A stretch of DNA of 64,000 bases, from NCBI GenBank assembly GCA_963805015.1, contig CAWDSL010000024.1:577893-641892 (forward strand). Direction: 5' to 3'. This stretch comes from an uncultured bacterium. GTDB taxonomy: Bacteria > Acidobacteriota > Aminicenantia > Aminicenantales > Saccharicenantaceae. The notes beneath the pieces were generated by a model. That model worked only from the letters and a program-made list of their open reading frames with translations. It did no database searches and was not told the DNA's origin. A program made the translations under genes and the position numbers. This document shows positions 1-8,141 of this stretch, in pieces. The stretch's first letter is position 1. Every line of letters starts with the position of its first letter.

Positions 1-97
1 ACTGCGGCCAGGTCAGCTCCTGGGCGGCGGCCGGGAGCGCGACGGCCGCCGCGAGCGCCGCGAGCGCGGCGACGGCGAAGACCGGCAGTTTTTTCAT
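1..97 (-). CDS. N-terminal fragment (signal peptide) of a secreted protein; gene continues past the window start
   Basis: ATG at 97 with GGAGGG at 108-103 (minus). Translation MKKLPVFAVAALAALAAAVALPAAAQELTWPQ is a Sec-type signal peptide. Confidence 0.5.
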   Translation of the reverse strand, partial: MKKLPVFAVAALAALAAAVALPAAAQELTWPQ

Positions 98-151
98 CGC
101 GTCCCTCCTCGAACGAGGCGAAGCTCCGGGATGAAGCCCGGGACGGGAGGA

Positions 152-181
152 ATCATAGACCCCGGTTCCCGGCGGTGTCAA
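152..181 (-). promoter_or_regulatory. sigma70-like promoter TTGACA-N18-TATGAT
   Basis: On the minus strand, TTGACA at 181-176 and TATGAT at 157-152, about 55 nt upstream of the ATG at 97. Confidence 0.4.
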
Positions 182-206
182 TCCGTCCCCGACCGGCCGG
201 CCCGCG

Positions 207-869
207 CTAGGACACGACCTGGCCGTCGAAAAGCCGGATGGTCCGCTCGGAGCGGGCGGCGATGTGGTCGTTGTGAGTGACCATGACGATCGTGCGGCCG
301 CCACGCCAGAGATCGACCAGGATGGCCATGATCTCCTCGCCGCTCTTGGAGTCGAGGTTGCCGGTCGGCTCGTCCGCGAGCAGGATGGGGGGATCGTTGG
401 CCAGGGCCCGGGCCAGGGCGATGCGTTGCTGCTGGCCGCCCGAGAGCTCCGTGGGCCGGTGCTCGCGCCAGTCGTAGAGCCCCACGGCGTTGAGGAGCTC
501 GGTCACCCGCTCGCGCCGTTTCCGTCCGTTCTTGCCGTCGAAGAGCATCGGCAGCTCGACGTTCTCCCAGGCCGTGGCGTAGGGCAGGAGGTTGAAGTTC
601 TGGAAGACGAACCCGATCTTGCGGTTGCGCACGGCCGCCAGCTCGTCGAAAGTCAATCCGGCGACCTCCTCGCCGTCGAGAACGTAGGCGCCCCCGGTCG
701 GAGTGTCCAGGCAGCCCACGATGTTCATCAGCGTCGATTTGCCCGAGCCGGACGGACCCATGATCGAGACGAATTCGCCCTTGCCGATCGCCAGCGAGAT
801 GCCCCGGAGCGCTTCCAGCGACTGGCTTCCGGTCCGGTAGACCTTGGTGATGCTTTCGAGCTTGATCAT
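207..869 (-). CDS. ABC transporter ATP-binding protein (MacB/LolD/FtsE-like)
   Basis: 220 aa with Walker [10 protein letters not shown], signature LSGGQQQR, Walker B ILLADEP and H-loop VTHN. Last gene of an MFP-permease-permease-ATPase cluster. Confidence 0.95.
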   Translation of the reverse strand: MIKLESITKVYRTGSQSLEALRGISLAIGKGEFVSIMGPSGSGKSTLMNIVGCLDTPTGGAYVLDGEEVAGLTFDELAAVRNRKIGFVFQNFNLLPYATAWENVELPMLFDGKNGRKRRERVTELLNAVGLYDWREHRPTELSGGQQQRIALARALANDPPILLADEPTGNLDSKSGEEIMAILVDLWRGGRTIVMVTHNDHIAARSERTIRLFDGQVVS

Positions 870-880
870 GATAGTCCTCT

Positions 881-1069
881 ATCCAGGTTATTCATAAAAA
901 CGCCCTTTCTTTCATCGCACTTTTTATAGGGCGTTTTTACCCGCCGGGCGAACCGATCCGGCCCCATCTGCTTCGTTCTCGGGGCTCGCAGTACCAAAGG
1001 GTACAGCTTCACCCCTCGGGCCTCGCATCTGAGGGCCGCCTCGATTTGTGAATAATTCAGGCTATTCAT
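881..1069. repeat. intergenic insert bounded by 15-nt imperfect direct repeats (13/15)
   Basis: The repeats are atccaggttattcat (881-895) and attcaggctattcat (1055-1069). The 871-940 stretch is only 26/70 G+C by hand count. The insert interrupts an otherwise tightly packed operon. Confidence 0.5.
896..938. terminator. perfect 11-bp inverted-repeat hairpin with A5/T5 flanks (bidirectional intrinsic-terminator-like)
   Basis: AAAAACGCCCT (896-906) pairs with AGGGCGTTTTT (928-938) around a 21-nt loop. Confidence 0.5.
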
Positions 1070-2312
1070 AGCGCAGCGATTCGATCGGATTGGCCCGCGA
1101 GGCCCGGAGCGCCGGGAAGATCCCCGACAGGAAGCAGAGGAGGCCCAGGACGGCGATGTAGGCCACGAAGATCTTCAGCGAGAACTCCGGACGCAGAAGA
1201 TAGGCCTCGATCCCGAACGAATCGTAGTTGATCGGGGCCAGGCGGATGAGGTGGACGATGTTGAAGGCGGTGATGAACCCCCAGAACGTCCCCTTGGCGA
1301 AGACGAAAACCGTCTCCAGGAAGAACTGCCCCACGATCGTCCGGCGCCGGGCCCCGATGGCCAGCTTGACCCCGATCTCCTTCGTCCGCTCCTTGGCCGC
1401 CGCGTACATCAGGTTGGTCACGCCGACGGCGCCGATGAGCAGGGTCAGGGCGCCGATGATGCCGAGGAAGATCTCTATGCCGCGGAAGATGGCCTGGCCC
1501 TCCTGGGCGTTCTCGATGGTGTTCCAGAAGCTCGTGGCGTAGCGGTCGTCGGGATCGAAGCGGTACTTGCGTCCGAGGAGCGTCCGCACCCGGGCCTCGA
1601 TGAGCTTCGACTGGGCGGCTTCGCGGGGCTGGATGTGGATCTGGTTGATGCGCCGCCGGTTGTCGAGCTGCCGGTAGGCGTGGAACGGCAGGTAGACCTG
1701 TTCGGCGTCCGGGCCGTTGTACATGGAATCCTGGATCTTCTTCTGGAGGACGCCGATGACCGTGAAGGGAATACGGTTGATGACGACGGACCGCCCGATG
1801 GGATCGTCCGTCCCGAACAGGTCCGCGGCGATCTTCCAGCCGATGAACGCGACCTTCCGGCCTTGCGCGACGTCGTCGGCGTTGAGGAAGCGGCCGCCGG
1901 CCCGCGGCACCTGGGAGCGCATGACGCCGAATTCGGCGGTCGTGCCGTGGACGTTGCGGTTGATCTCCTTGCCGCCGGCCGAGACCGGGAGGTAACTGTA
2001 CGATTCCGGGGCGATGCGCAGGATCTCCGGGATCCGCTCCTTGAGGTAGTCGACGTCCTCGGGATAGAGGGAGATCTGCCGGCCCTTGGGCAGGCCTTCG
2101 AACGGGAGCGAGGTCTGGCCGCCGTAGGCCATGATCAGCGTCTCGCCGAGGCCGCTGAAGGCGACCTTGAACTGGGTCGTCATGCCCTGGCCGAAGGCCA
2201 TGAGCAGGAGGATCGACAAGGTCCCCCAGAAGAGGGCGAAGGTGATGAGCGAAGCCCGCTGGCGGCGCTTCCGGTACTCGCTCCAGAAGAACCGGGGCAG
2301 GGTCAGGTTCAT
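1062..2312 (-). CDS. ABC transporter permease, FtsX/MacB-type
   Basis: 416 aa with an N-terminal TM helix, a large periplasmic domain and a C-terminal FtsX-like 3-TM bundle (KEIGVKLAIGARRRTIV motif). AGGGGAG lies upstream of the ATG at 2312. Confidence 0.9.
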   Translation of the reverse strand: MNLTLPRFFWSEYRKRRQRASLITFALFWGTLSILLLMAFGQGMTTQFKVAFSGLGETLIMAYGGQTSLPFEGLPKGRQISLYPEDVDYLKERIPEILRIAPESYSYLPVSAGGKEINRNVHGTTAEFGVMRSQVPRAGGRFLNADDVAQGRKVAFIGWKIAADLFGTDDPIGRSVVINRIPFTVIGVLQKKIQDSMYNGPDAEQVYLPFHAYRQLDNRRRINQIHIQPREAAQSKLIEARVRTLLGRKYRFDPDDRYATSFWNTIENAQEGQAIFRGIEIFLGIIGALTLLIGAVGVTNLMYAAAKERTKEIGVKLAIGARRRTIVGQFFLETVFVFAKGTFWGFITAFNIVHLIRLAPINYDSFGIEAYLLRPEFSLKIFVAYIAVLGLLCFLSGIFPALRASRANPIESLRYE

Positions 2313-2324
2313 CGCGGCGCTCCC

Positions 2325-3560
2325 CTATTTCCTCAGGGCCTCGATGGGATCCGTCGAGGCGGCCGTCCGGGCCGGGATCATCCCCGAGACCACCCCGATC
2401 CCGAGAAGGATGAGGACGGTGGAGACGATGACCAGCGGATTGAGGACGGGCACGCCGACGAAGTCGGTGAATCCGCCCTTCGGGAAGGCCTTGGCGGCCT
2501 GGAGGACGCCGGCCGAGAGGCCGAAGCCGGCCAGGCCGCCGAGGAGCATGATGGCGATCGACTCGCCGAAGAACTGCCAGAGGATGGTCCGGCGCCGGGC
2601 CCCGACGGCCAGCTTGACGCCGATCTCGCGCGTCCGCTCGTCGACGACGACCCTCATGATCGAGGCGACGCCGACGCCTCCGACGAGCAGGGTGAACGAG
2701 CCGATGACGCCGAGGAAGACCGTGAAGGCCAGGAAGAAGGTCGTGAACTGCTTTTCGAACTCCAGCGTGTCCCAGACGCCGAGGGCGTCGGGATCGGCCG
2801 GGGAGAACCCGACGAGCTTGGCCAAGTGGGCCTTGACGTCCTCCATGACCGCTTTGCTCCGGCCGAGGTCGAGCGGGCGGAAGATGACATTGGAGACGTA
2901 CTTCGTCCCATAGAGCGAGGCGTACGTCGTCCACGGGATGAAGGCGCAGCGTTCGTCGCGCTGGCCGTTGTAGTTGGAGTTCTGGAGCTTGGTCCGCATC
3001 ACGCCGACGACGGTGAACGGCACGCTGTCGAGGAAAACGGACTTGCCGACGGGTTCCTCGGTCCCGAAGAGATCGGTCGCCAGGACGTCCCCGATGAAGC
3101 AAACCCTCTTCCGCCCGGCCATGTCCTCGGGATCGATGAAGCGTCCGCGCTCGGCGATGGTGTTGCGCATGAGCTCGAACTGGGGGTTGACACCGCGGAC
3201 GGTGTTGCGGAACTCCATGCGGCCGTAGCGGATGAGCCGGCTGCCGACGAACTCCGGGCAGATCAGCTCGATGCCGGCGACCTTCTCCGGGATGGCCTCG
3301 ACCGTCTCCGGGGTGACCCGCACGGCCTTGCCCTTGAGGAAGCCCTGCCAGGCCAGTGTCGTCCGCGAAGGGAAGACGAGGACGATGCCCTGGCCCATGC
3401 CGTGGAAACGCTTGATCTGGGCTTTCGATACGGAATCGCCGAAGGCCAGGAGCAGGACGACCGAGAACGTTCCCCAGACGACCCCCGACAGGGTCAGGGC
3501 GGTCCGCAGGGGCTGGCGGACGAGGTCCCGGACGAGATTGCGGAAGAAGATACCGATCAC
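2325..3560 (-). CDS. ABC transporter permease, FtsX/MacB-type (paralogue)
   Basis: 411 aa with the same architecture (REIGVKLAVGARRRTIL). GTG start at 3560 overlaps the MFP stop (GTGA). Confidence 0.9.
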   Translation of the reverse strand: MIGIFFRNLVRDLVRQPLRTALTLSGVVWGTFSVVLLLAFGDSVSKAQIKRFHGMGQGIVLVFPSRTTLAWQGFLKGKAVRVTPETVEAIPEKVAGIELICPEFVGSRLIRYGRMEFRNTVRGVNPQFELMRNTIAERGRFIDPEDMAGRKRVCFIGDVLATDLFGTEEPVGKSVFLDSVPFTVVGVMRTKLQNSNYNGQRDERCAFIPWTTYASLYGTKYVSNVIFRPLDLGRSKAVMEDVKAHLAKLVGFSPADPDALGVWDTLEFEKQFTTFFLAFTVFLGVIGSFTLLVGGVGVASIMRVVVDERTREIGVKLAVGARRRTILWQFFGESIAIMLLGGLAGFGLSAGVLQAAKAFPKGGFTDFVGVPVLNPLVIVSTVLILLGIGVVSGMIPARTAASTDPIEALRK

Positions 3561-4495
3561 TTGATCTCCCGGGGGGGCCTCTCCACGACCTGGTCCCCTT
3601 CCTTGACGCCGTCGAGGATCTCGATGTTCAGACCGTCGGACAGACCGGTCCGGACCTCGATCTTCTTCGTCTTTTCGCCGTCGGGGACCTCGACGAACTT
3701 CTTTCCGTCCTCGAAGAGGACGAGTCGCTCGGGGAGCAGGGCGACCTGCTTACGCTCGCGGATCTGGATGCTGGCCGTGGCCGAGAATCCGGCCCGGAGC
3801 GTCGCCCCGGTCACTTCGTCGATGAAGATCCAGATATCGAAGAGGGTCGCGTTGCCCTCCTTCTTGGCCTTGGGGAAGATGCGGTCGACGCGTCCGGGGA
3901 TCTTGGCGTCGGGCAGGGCGCCGATCTGGATCTCGGCGGCCATGCCGTCGGTGAGCTTGCCGACGTCGATCTCGTCGACCGTGCCCTTGAACAGCAGGCT
4001 GGCCATGTCGGCCAGCGAGCAGAGCTCCGTCCCCGGCTGGAAGTTCGTCAGGGGGACGACGGGATCGCCCTGGAAGACGCTCTGGGCCAGGATGATGCCG
4101 GAGATGGGCGATTTGATGAGCGAGTCGATGTCCCGGTTGGCCATGCGGATGCGGCCCTTCTCGAGCAGCTCCAGGCGCTCCGAGGACGTCCGGAACCTCA
4201 GCTCGGCTTCCTTGTACAGGCCCTCGGTGGCGTCCATCTCGGACCGGGAGATGAGGTTCCCTTTAAAGAGCTCGAGCTGGCGCGTCCAGTCGCTCTTGAG
4301 CTTCTGCATGGTCACCTCGGCCAGCTCCATCGCGCGTCGGGTTTCGACGTATTCGATCGGGGTGGGGTTGGGCGCGATCTTGAACAGCGGCGCCCCCACC
4401 TTGACCGCGTCGCCGACCTTGAACAGGACCTCGGCGACGATGCCCGGAATGGTCGACTTGACCTTGATCTCCTTTTCCGGCTCGATCGTGCCCAC
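3557..4495 (-). CDS. periplasmic adaptor / membrane fusion protein (HlyD/MacA family), body only; N-terminus frame-disrupted
   Basis: 312-aa ORF with lipoyl-like, coiled-coil and beta-barrel MFP features. Its frame stays open upstream as ...KLVAVSRGDIREKALAVGTIEPE with no start codon. Confidence 0.85.
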   Translation of the reverse strand: MGTIEPEKEIKVKSTIPGIVAEVLFKVGDAVKVGAPLFKIAPNPTPIEYVETRRAMELAEVTMQKLKSDWTRQLELFKGNLISRSEMDATEGLYKEAELRFRTSSERLELLEKGRIRMANRDIDSLIKSPISGIILAQSVFQGDPVVPLTNFQPGTELCSLADMASLLFKGTVDEIDVGKLTDGMAAEIQIGALPDAKIPGRVDRIFPKAKKEGNATLFDIWIFIDEVTGATLRAGFSATASIQIRERKQVALLPERLVLFEDGKKFVEVPDGEKTKKIEVRTGLSDGLNIEILDGVKEGDQVVERPPREIK

Positions 4496-4538
4496 GGCCA
4501 GGGCCTTCTCCCGAATGTCCCCCCGGGAGACGGCGACC

Positions 4539-4637
4539 AGCTTGGTCTCCGACCTTCGGCTTGCCGCAGGCGAACAGGAAATAGAAGAACGTCAGGAGCA
4601 GGGCCAGGGCGAAAGCACGGAAGATCCACTTTTTCAT
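4539..4637 (-). other. orphaned lipoprotein signal-peptide coding segment of the MFP gene, in a different frame
   Basis: ATG at 4637 encodes MKKWIFRAFALALLLTFFYFLFAC GKPKVGDQ (lipobox-like). It sits one nucleotide out of frame with the MFP body. Confidence 0.6.
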
Positions 4638-4763
4638 GATGCACCTCGGACTTCGACTCTCGTCACAAGAGACGAATGAACGGGGAGAAAAGTTCCCGCG
4701 GCGAACGCCCCGTCGCCGGGCCGGGCCAAGTTATCCGAGGAACGGAGGTCCGGAGGGGCGTCC

Positions 4764-6227
4764 TCAGGGAATCCGCGGCGCCTGGGTCAGGACGACCTCG
4801 ACCCGCCGGTTCTTGGCCCGGTTGGCTTCCGTGTCGTTCGGCGCGACCGGGTTCTCGGGACCGAAGCCCTGGTACTTCATGCGGCCGTTGGAGATGCCCT
4901 GGGTCATCAGGAACTCGTAGACCGAGCGGGCCCGGTCCATGGACAGCCTCATGTTGAGGTCGGCCGAACCGGTCGAATCCGTGTAGCCTTCGATGCTGAG
5001 GTTCATCTGGGGGAATACCATCAGGATGCCGGCCAGCTTGGCCACCGAGAGCTGGGAGGCCGGCTTGAGGGTGGCCTTTCCGACGTCGAAGAGGATCCCG
5101 GACAGGCTGACGATGACGCCGCGGGCGGTCTCGGTCGTCTCCGCGACCGAGGACAGGGCGCCCTTGAGCATGCCGGCCAACTCGTCGCGCTCCTTCTTGA
5201 TGGCGTCGCGCTCGGCGGCCAGGGCGTTCTTCTCGGCGGCGACCAGGTCGCGGTCGGCGGCGATGGCGTTCTTTTCGCTCTCCAGCTTCTCCGTCAGCTG
5301 GGCCAGGCTCCGCGTCTCGGCGGCCAGGGCCTCACGCTGGATCTGGACCTCCTTGAGCTCCTGGGCGATCCGGGCCGACTCGCCCTCGGCCGTGGTCGCC
5401 CTCGCTTCGAGGGCCGTCTTCTCGGCCAGGCGCTTGGCCTCGGCCTCGGCGGCCGCCTTGTCCTCGCTGGCCTTGATCGTGTCCTTGATGGCTTGGGAAG
5501 CCAACTGGGCGGCGACCCGGGCCTGATCGGCCATGGTCTTCTTGTCGTTCGCGGCGGCCATCGCCTTGCCGAAGGCGATCCGGGCGCCGTCCATGGCCTT
5601 CGGATTGACCTCGGCGGCGTTCAGCTTGCCGGCGATCTCCATGGCCTTGGCGGCCTGCTTGACGGCGGCCGGCTGCGGGTCGTTGTACTGGACGCCGGAG
5701 ATCGAATCCAGGGCGCCCTTGTACGCCGTCGTGAAGTCCTTGAAGGTGAAGGAGGTGTTGGCGATGTTCAGGCCCTGGACCTCGCCGGAGAGGAAAACGA
5801 CCAGCTCCGCCGGCCGGGTGACCGTGGCGAACGGCTCCGCCGTCACCATGAGGGCGAAGACCTTCTTTCCGGTGTACCCCTGGAGGGTGCCGGAGGAGCT
5901 CTTCTTGTCGGCAATGACCTCGCCGAGGTTCTCCGTGGTGCCGTCGGGGGTCACGGCCCAGAGGACGTAGGCCGAGATATCGCCGGCGAATAGGACGGCC
6001 GGCTCCATCTTCTCGTACTTCAGCTTGACCGACGCCTGGCCGCTATCAAAAAGGAGAGTCGCCTGCATGGCCGCGCGGGAGGGGGCGCGGGACGTCTTGG
6101 CGAAGTTGATCTCGACGGTCTTGCCGCTTTGGAGGGTCAGGGCCGTCAGCTTGACCTCGGCGCCGGCGAGGGCGGACGAGACGAGCAGGACGGACGCGAG
6201 GACGACGGCGAGATGACGGTGGGACAT
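4764..6227 (-). CDS. OmpA-family protein with long Ala/Glu-rich coiled-coil linker
   Basis: C-terminal OmpA-like domain (LSIEGYTDSTGSADLNMRLSMDRARSV...NRRVEVVL). I chose the internal ATG at 6227 because of GGAGG 5 nt upstream and the signal peptide MSHRHLAVVLASVLLVSSALAGA. Confidence 0.85.
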   Translation of the reverse strand: MSHRHLAVVLASVLLVSSALAGAEVKLTALTLQSGKTVEINFAKTSRAPSRAAMQATLLFDSGQASVKLKYEKMEPAVLFAGDISAYVLWAVTPDGTTENLGEVIADKKSSSGTLQGYTGKKVFALMVTAEPFATVTRPAELVVFLSGEVQGLNIANTSFTFKDFTTAYKGALDSISGVQYNDPQPAAVKQAAKAMEIAGKLNAAEVNPKAMDGARIAFGKAMAAANDKKTMADQARVAAQLASQAIKDTIKASEDKAAAEAEAKRLAEKTALEARATTAEGESARIAQELKEVQIQREALAAETRSLAQLTEKLESEKNAIAADRDLVAAEKNALAAERDAIKKERDELAGMLKGALSSVAETTETARGVIVSLSGILFDVGKATLKPASQLSVAKLAGILMVFPQMNLSIEGYTDSTGSADLNMRLSMDRARSVYEFLMTQGISNGRMKYQGFGPENPVAPNDTEANRAKNRRVEVVLTQAPRIP

Positions 6228-6326
6228 GGGGCCTCCTTCGTTCGCGGGCTTTGTCTTCCCGATCGCTGGGTCTGTACGAAGGATAGCACCGCGCCGGAAA
6301 AGCGTCAACGGGCCGGGGCGTCAAGA

Positions 6327-6355
6327 TTGAAATCGGGGGACAGAGGGCCTATATT
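6327..6355 (+). promoter_or_regulatory. sigma70-like promoter TTGAAA-N17-TATATT
   Basis: TTGAAA at 6327-6332 and TATATT at 6350-6355, about 30 nt upstream of the small ORF start at 6385. Confidence 0.45.
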
Positions 6356-6384
6356 GGTATCAGATCGGCGCAGGGAGGTCGGAC

Positions 6385-6564
6385 ATGACCATCGAACTCG
6401 GCCCGGCCGAACGGGACATCGTTACGGAACTGCTCGAAAAGGAGCTCGAGGACATGCGCTCGGAGCTCCATCATACCCAGGCCCACGGGTACCGGGAAGC
6501 CCTCAAGGACCGGGAAAAGCTCGTGCGCGACCTGCTAGAGAAGATGAAAAGGAGCCCGTCATGA
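6385..6564 (+). CDS. small hypothetical protein (59 aa), below the ORF-track size cutoff
   Basis: ATG at 6385 is preceded by AGGGAGG. Translation: MTIELGPAERDIVTELLEKELEDMRSELHHTQAHGYREALKDREKLVRDLLEKMKRSPS. Its TGA overlaps the next gene's ATG (ATGA at 6561-6564). Confidence 0.5.
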   Translation: MTIELGPAERDIVTELLEKELEDMRSELHHTQAHGYREALKDREKLVRDLLEKMKRSPS

Positions 6565-7433
6565 CCCGAAACGTCCGGTTCGTTGCTCTGGCCGCGCTCA
6601 TGGCCCTCGTCCTCGCGGCCGGCCCTTCCCTATCGCAAACCTCCCAGGACCCGCCGGCGGACGCCCGGCTGGCCCGCATCCTCGAACGGACCAAGGAGTA
6701 TTGCGCCAAGCTCGAGCGGGCGGCTCTCGACTTCACCTGCCTGGAGAAGATCGAAGAGCGGACCTACTCGATGACGGAGGAAGCGCCCGACGTCTCGATC
6801 CCCCAGCCCGGCGGCATGTCCTATGCCTACAAGTCGGTCAAGACGCCCTACTACGCCAACACCTACGTCTACGACTACCAGTTCGTCCGCCGGGGCTCCC
6901 ACAAGACGGAGAACCGTATCCTCGTCGAGGAGAACGGCCGGAAGAAGAAGGTGCGGGAGGCGGTCCTGACGACGATGACGGTCCGGGTGGAGAACGCCCT
7001 CTTCGGCCCCATCGGCCTGCTCGGCGCGGCCGTCCAGGACCTGCACGACTACAAGATCGTCGGCGAGGAGACCGAGAAGGGCAAGAAGGTCCTGGTCGTC
7101 GACGCGGTCTCGAAGGTCCCGCTCGATCGCATCCACTGCACGGGCCGGATCTGGATCCGCGAGGACGATGCGTCCATCCTCAAGATCGCCTGGGACCAGA
7201 CCTCCGTCGGCAATTTCGAGATCGTCCGGGAGACGGCGAAGCGAATAAGCGCCGAGCCCCGCCTGACCTCGGTGACCGAGTACGGGCAGGAGAAGGGCGG
7301 CCTGCGCTTCCCGAGCAAGGACACGACCGAGGAGGCTTACATCAAGCACGGCCTGGTCCAGGTCCGGTCGCTGACGATCATCCTTTATAAGGATTATAAG
7401 TTCTTCACGGTGGAGACCGCGGTCGAGTACTGA
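6561..7433 (+). CDS. secreted hypothetical protein
   Basis: I chose the internal ATG at 6561 (AAAAGGAG upstream) of the 434-aa ORF. Signal peptide is MTRNVRFVALAALMALVLAAGPSLSQ. No family recognised. Confidence 0.8.
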   Translation: MTRNVRFVALAALMALVLAAGPSLSQTSQDPPADARLARILERTKEYCAKLERAALDFTCLEKIEERTYSMTEEAPDVSIPQPGGMSYAYKSVKTPYYANTYVYDYQFVRRGSHKTENRILVEENGRKKKVREAVLTTMTVRVENALFGPIGLLGAAVQDLHDYKIVGEETEKGKKVLVVDAVSKVPLDRIHCTGRIWIREDDASILKIAWDQTSVGNFEIVRETAKRISAEPRLTSVTEYGQEKGGLRFPSKDTTEEAYIKHGLVQVRSLTIILYKDYKFFTVETAVEY

Positions 7434-7474
7434 ACGGCGGCCGGCCCATAATCCCCTCGCAGGAGAAATCGACC

Positions 7475-7848
7475 ATGCCTTCGAAAGCCCTTCGCTCCAT
7501 CGGCATAATAGGGATCGCCGTCCTGGCCTTCTCGGTCGCCGGTGGCCCAGGCACAAAAGCACCGATGCGCTCCTGGGGACCTGGGACGTCAAGATGGAAG
7601 ACGGCTCCCGCGAATTCGTCTTCGAATTCTCGATGAAGGACGGCCAGCTGGCCGGCAAGTATACGGGTGCTTCCGGCAGCACGGAGATGGCCGACCTCAC
7701 GTTCGAGGACGGCACGGTGAAGTTCGCCGTGACCGTCGGCGGCAACATGGTCATCCACTACTCGGCCGTCGTGGCCGAGGACAAGCTGATCGGAACGCTG
7801 ATCCTGGAATTCGGCGAAGCGGCGATCACGGGCGTGAAGAGAAAATAG
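7475..7848 (+). CDS. small secreted beta-rich protein, frame-disrupted at an A4 run (7555-7558)
   Basis: AGGAG plus ATG at 7475 encodes the signal peptide MPSKALRSIGIIGIAVLAFSVAGGPGTK in one frame. The mature part STDALLGTWDVKMEDGSREFVFEF... (ORF 7594..7848) is in the -1 frame. One extra A joins them. Confidence 0.6.
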
Positions 7849-7857
7849 CGGGTTCGT

Positions 7858-7946
7858 TGGTGCCGGTGGAGGGGGTCGAACCCACACTCCCATTGCTGGG
7901 AACGGGATTTTGAGTCCCGCGCGTCTGCCAATTCCGCCACACCGGC
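7858..7946 (-). tRNA. tRNA-Leu (anticodon CAA), long variable arm, CCA encoded
   Basis: Minus-strand sequence is GCCGGTG...CGGGA-CTCAAAA-TCCCG...GGGTTCGACCCC...CACCGGC-A-CCA. It folds as a cloverleaf with one U-U mismatch in the T stem. Confidence 0.9.
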
Positions 7947-7957
7947 GCGGCTCGCCC

Positions 7958-7987
7958 AATATAGGGGAAATGCCGGTGTCTTTTCAA
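7958..7987 (-). promoter_or_regulatory. sigma70-like promoter TTGAAA-N18-TATATT for tRNA-Leu
   Basis: On the minus strand, TTGAAA at 7987-7982 and TATATT at 7963-7958, 11 nt upstream of the mature tRNA 5' end. Confidence 0.4.
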
Positions 7988-8036
7988 GGCAGCCGGAGAT
8001 ACCCGAGAATTCATCTCGGGATACCCAAAGGGGATC

Positions 8037-8103
8037 TAGGAAAAACGGGGACACGTACCAATTTCGGAAAAATTGTTACATGTCGCCCTTTTTCCATGTC
8101 CCG
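8037..8103. repeat. copy 1 of a repeated hairpin element (TAGGAAAAA-CGGGGACACGTACCAA ... CATGTCCC)
   Basis: The 16-nt core CGGGGACACGTACCAA at 8046-8061 is identical to 8742-8757, and both copies are preceded by TAGGAAAAA. The partner arm TGTCCC is at 8097-8102, with a nested GGAAAAA/TTTTTCC pairing. Confidence 0.6.
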
Positions 8104-8141
8104 ATTTCCTATCCCCGATTTCCCTGTGATATAGTTCCGGC

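Noticed and set aside
1251-4679. 1142-aa plus-strand ORF, together with 1066..3102 (minus, other frame), spanning the ABC exporter region
   Set aside because: It is antisense or out of frame to four well-supported genes. Its composition is Arg/Gly/Asp/Pro/Ala-dominated low complexity, typical of GC-driven shadow ORFs, with no recognisable domain.
6129-6560. Upstream extension of the 434-aa ORF 6129..7433
   Set aside because: The extension is Arg/Gly-rich and runs through the divergent promoter region and the 59-codon ORF. The internal ATG at 6561 has a Shine-Dalgarno and a signal peptide.
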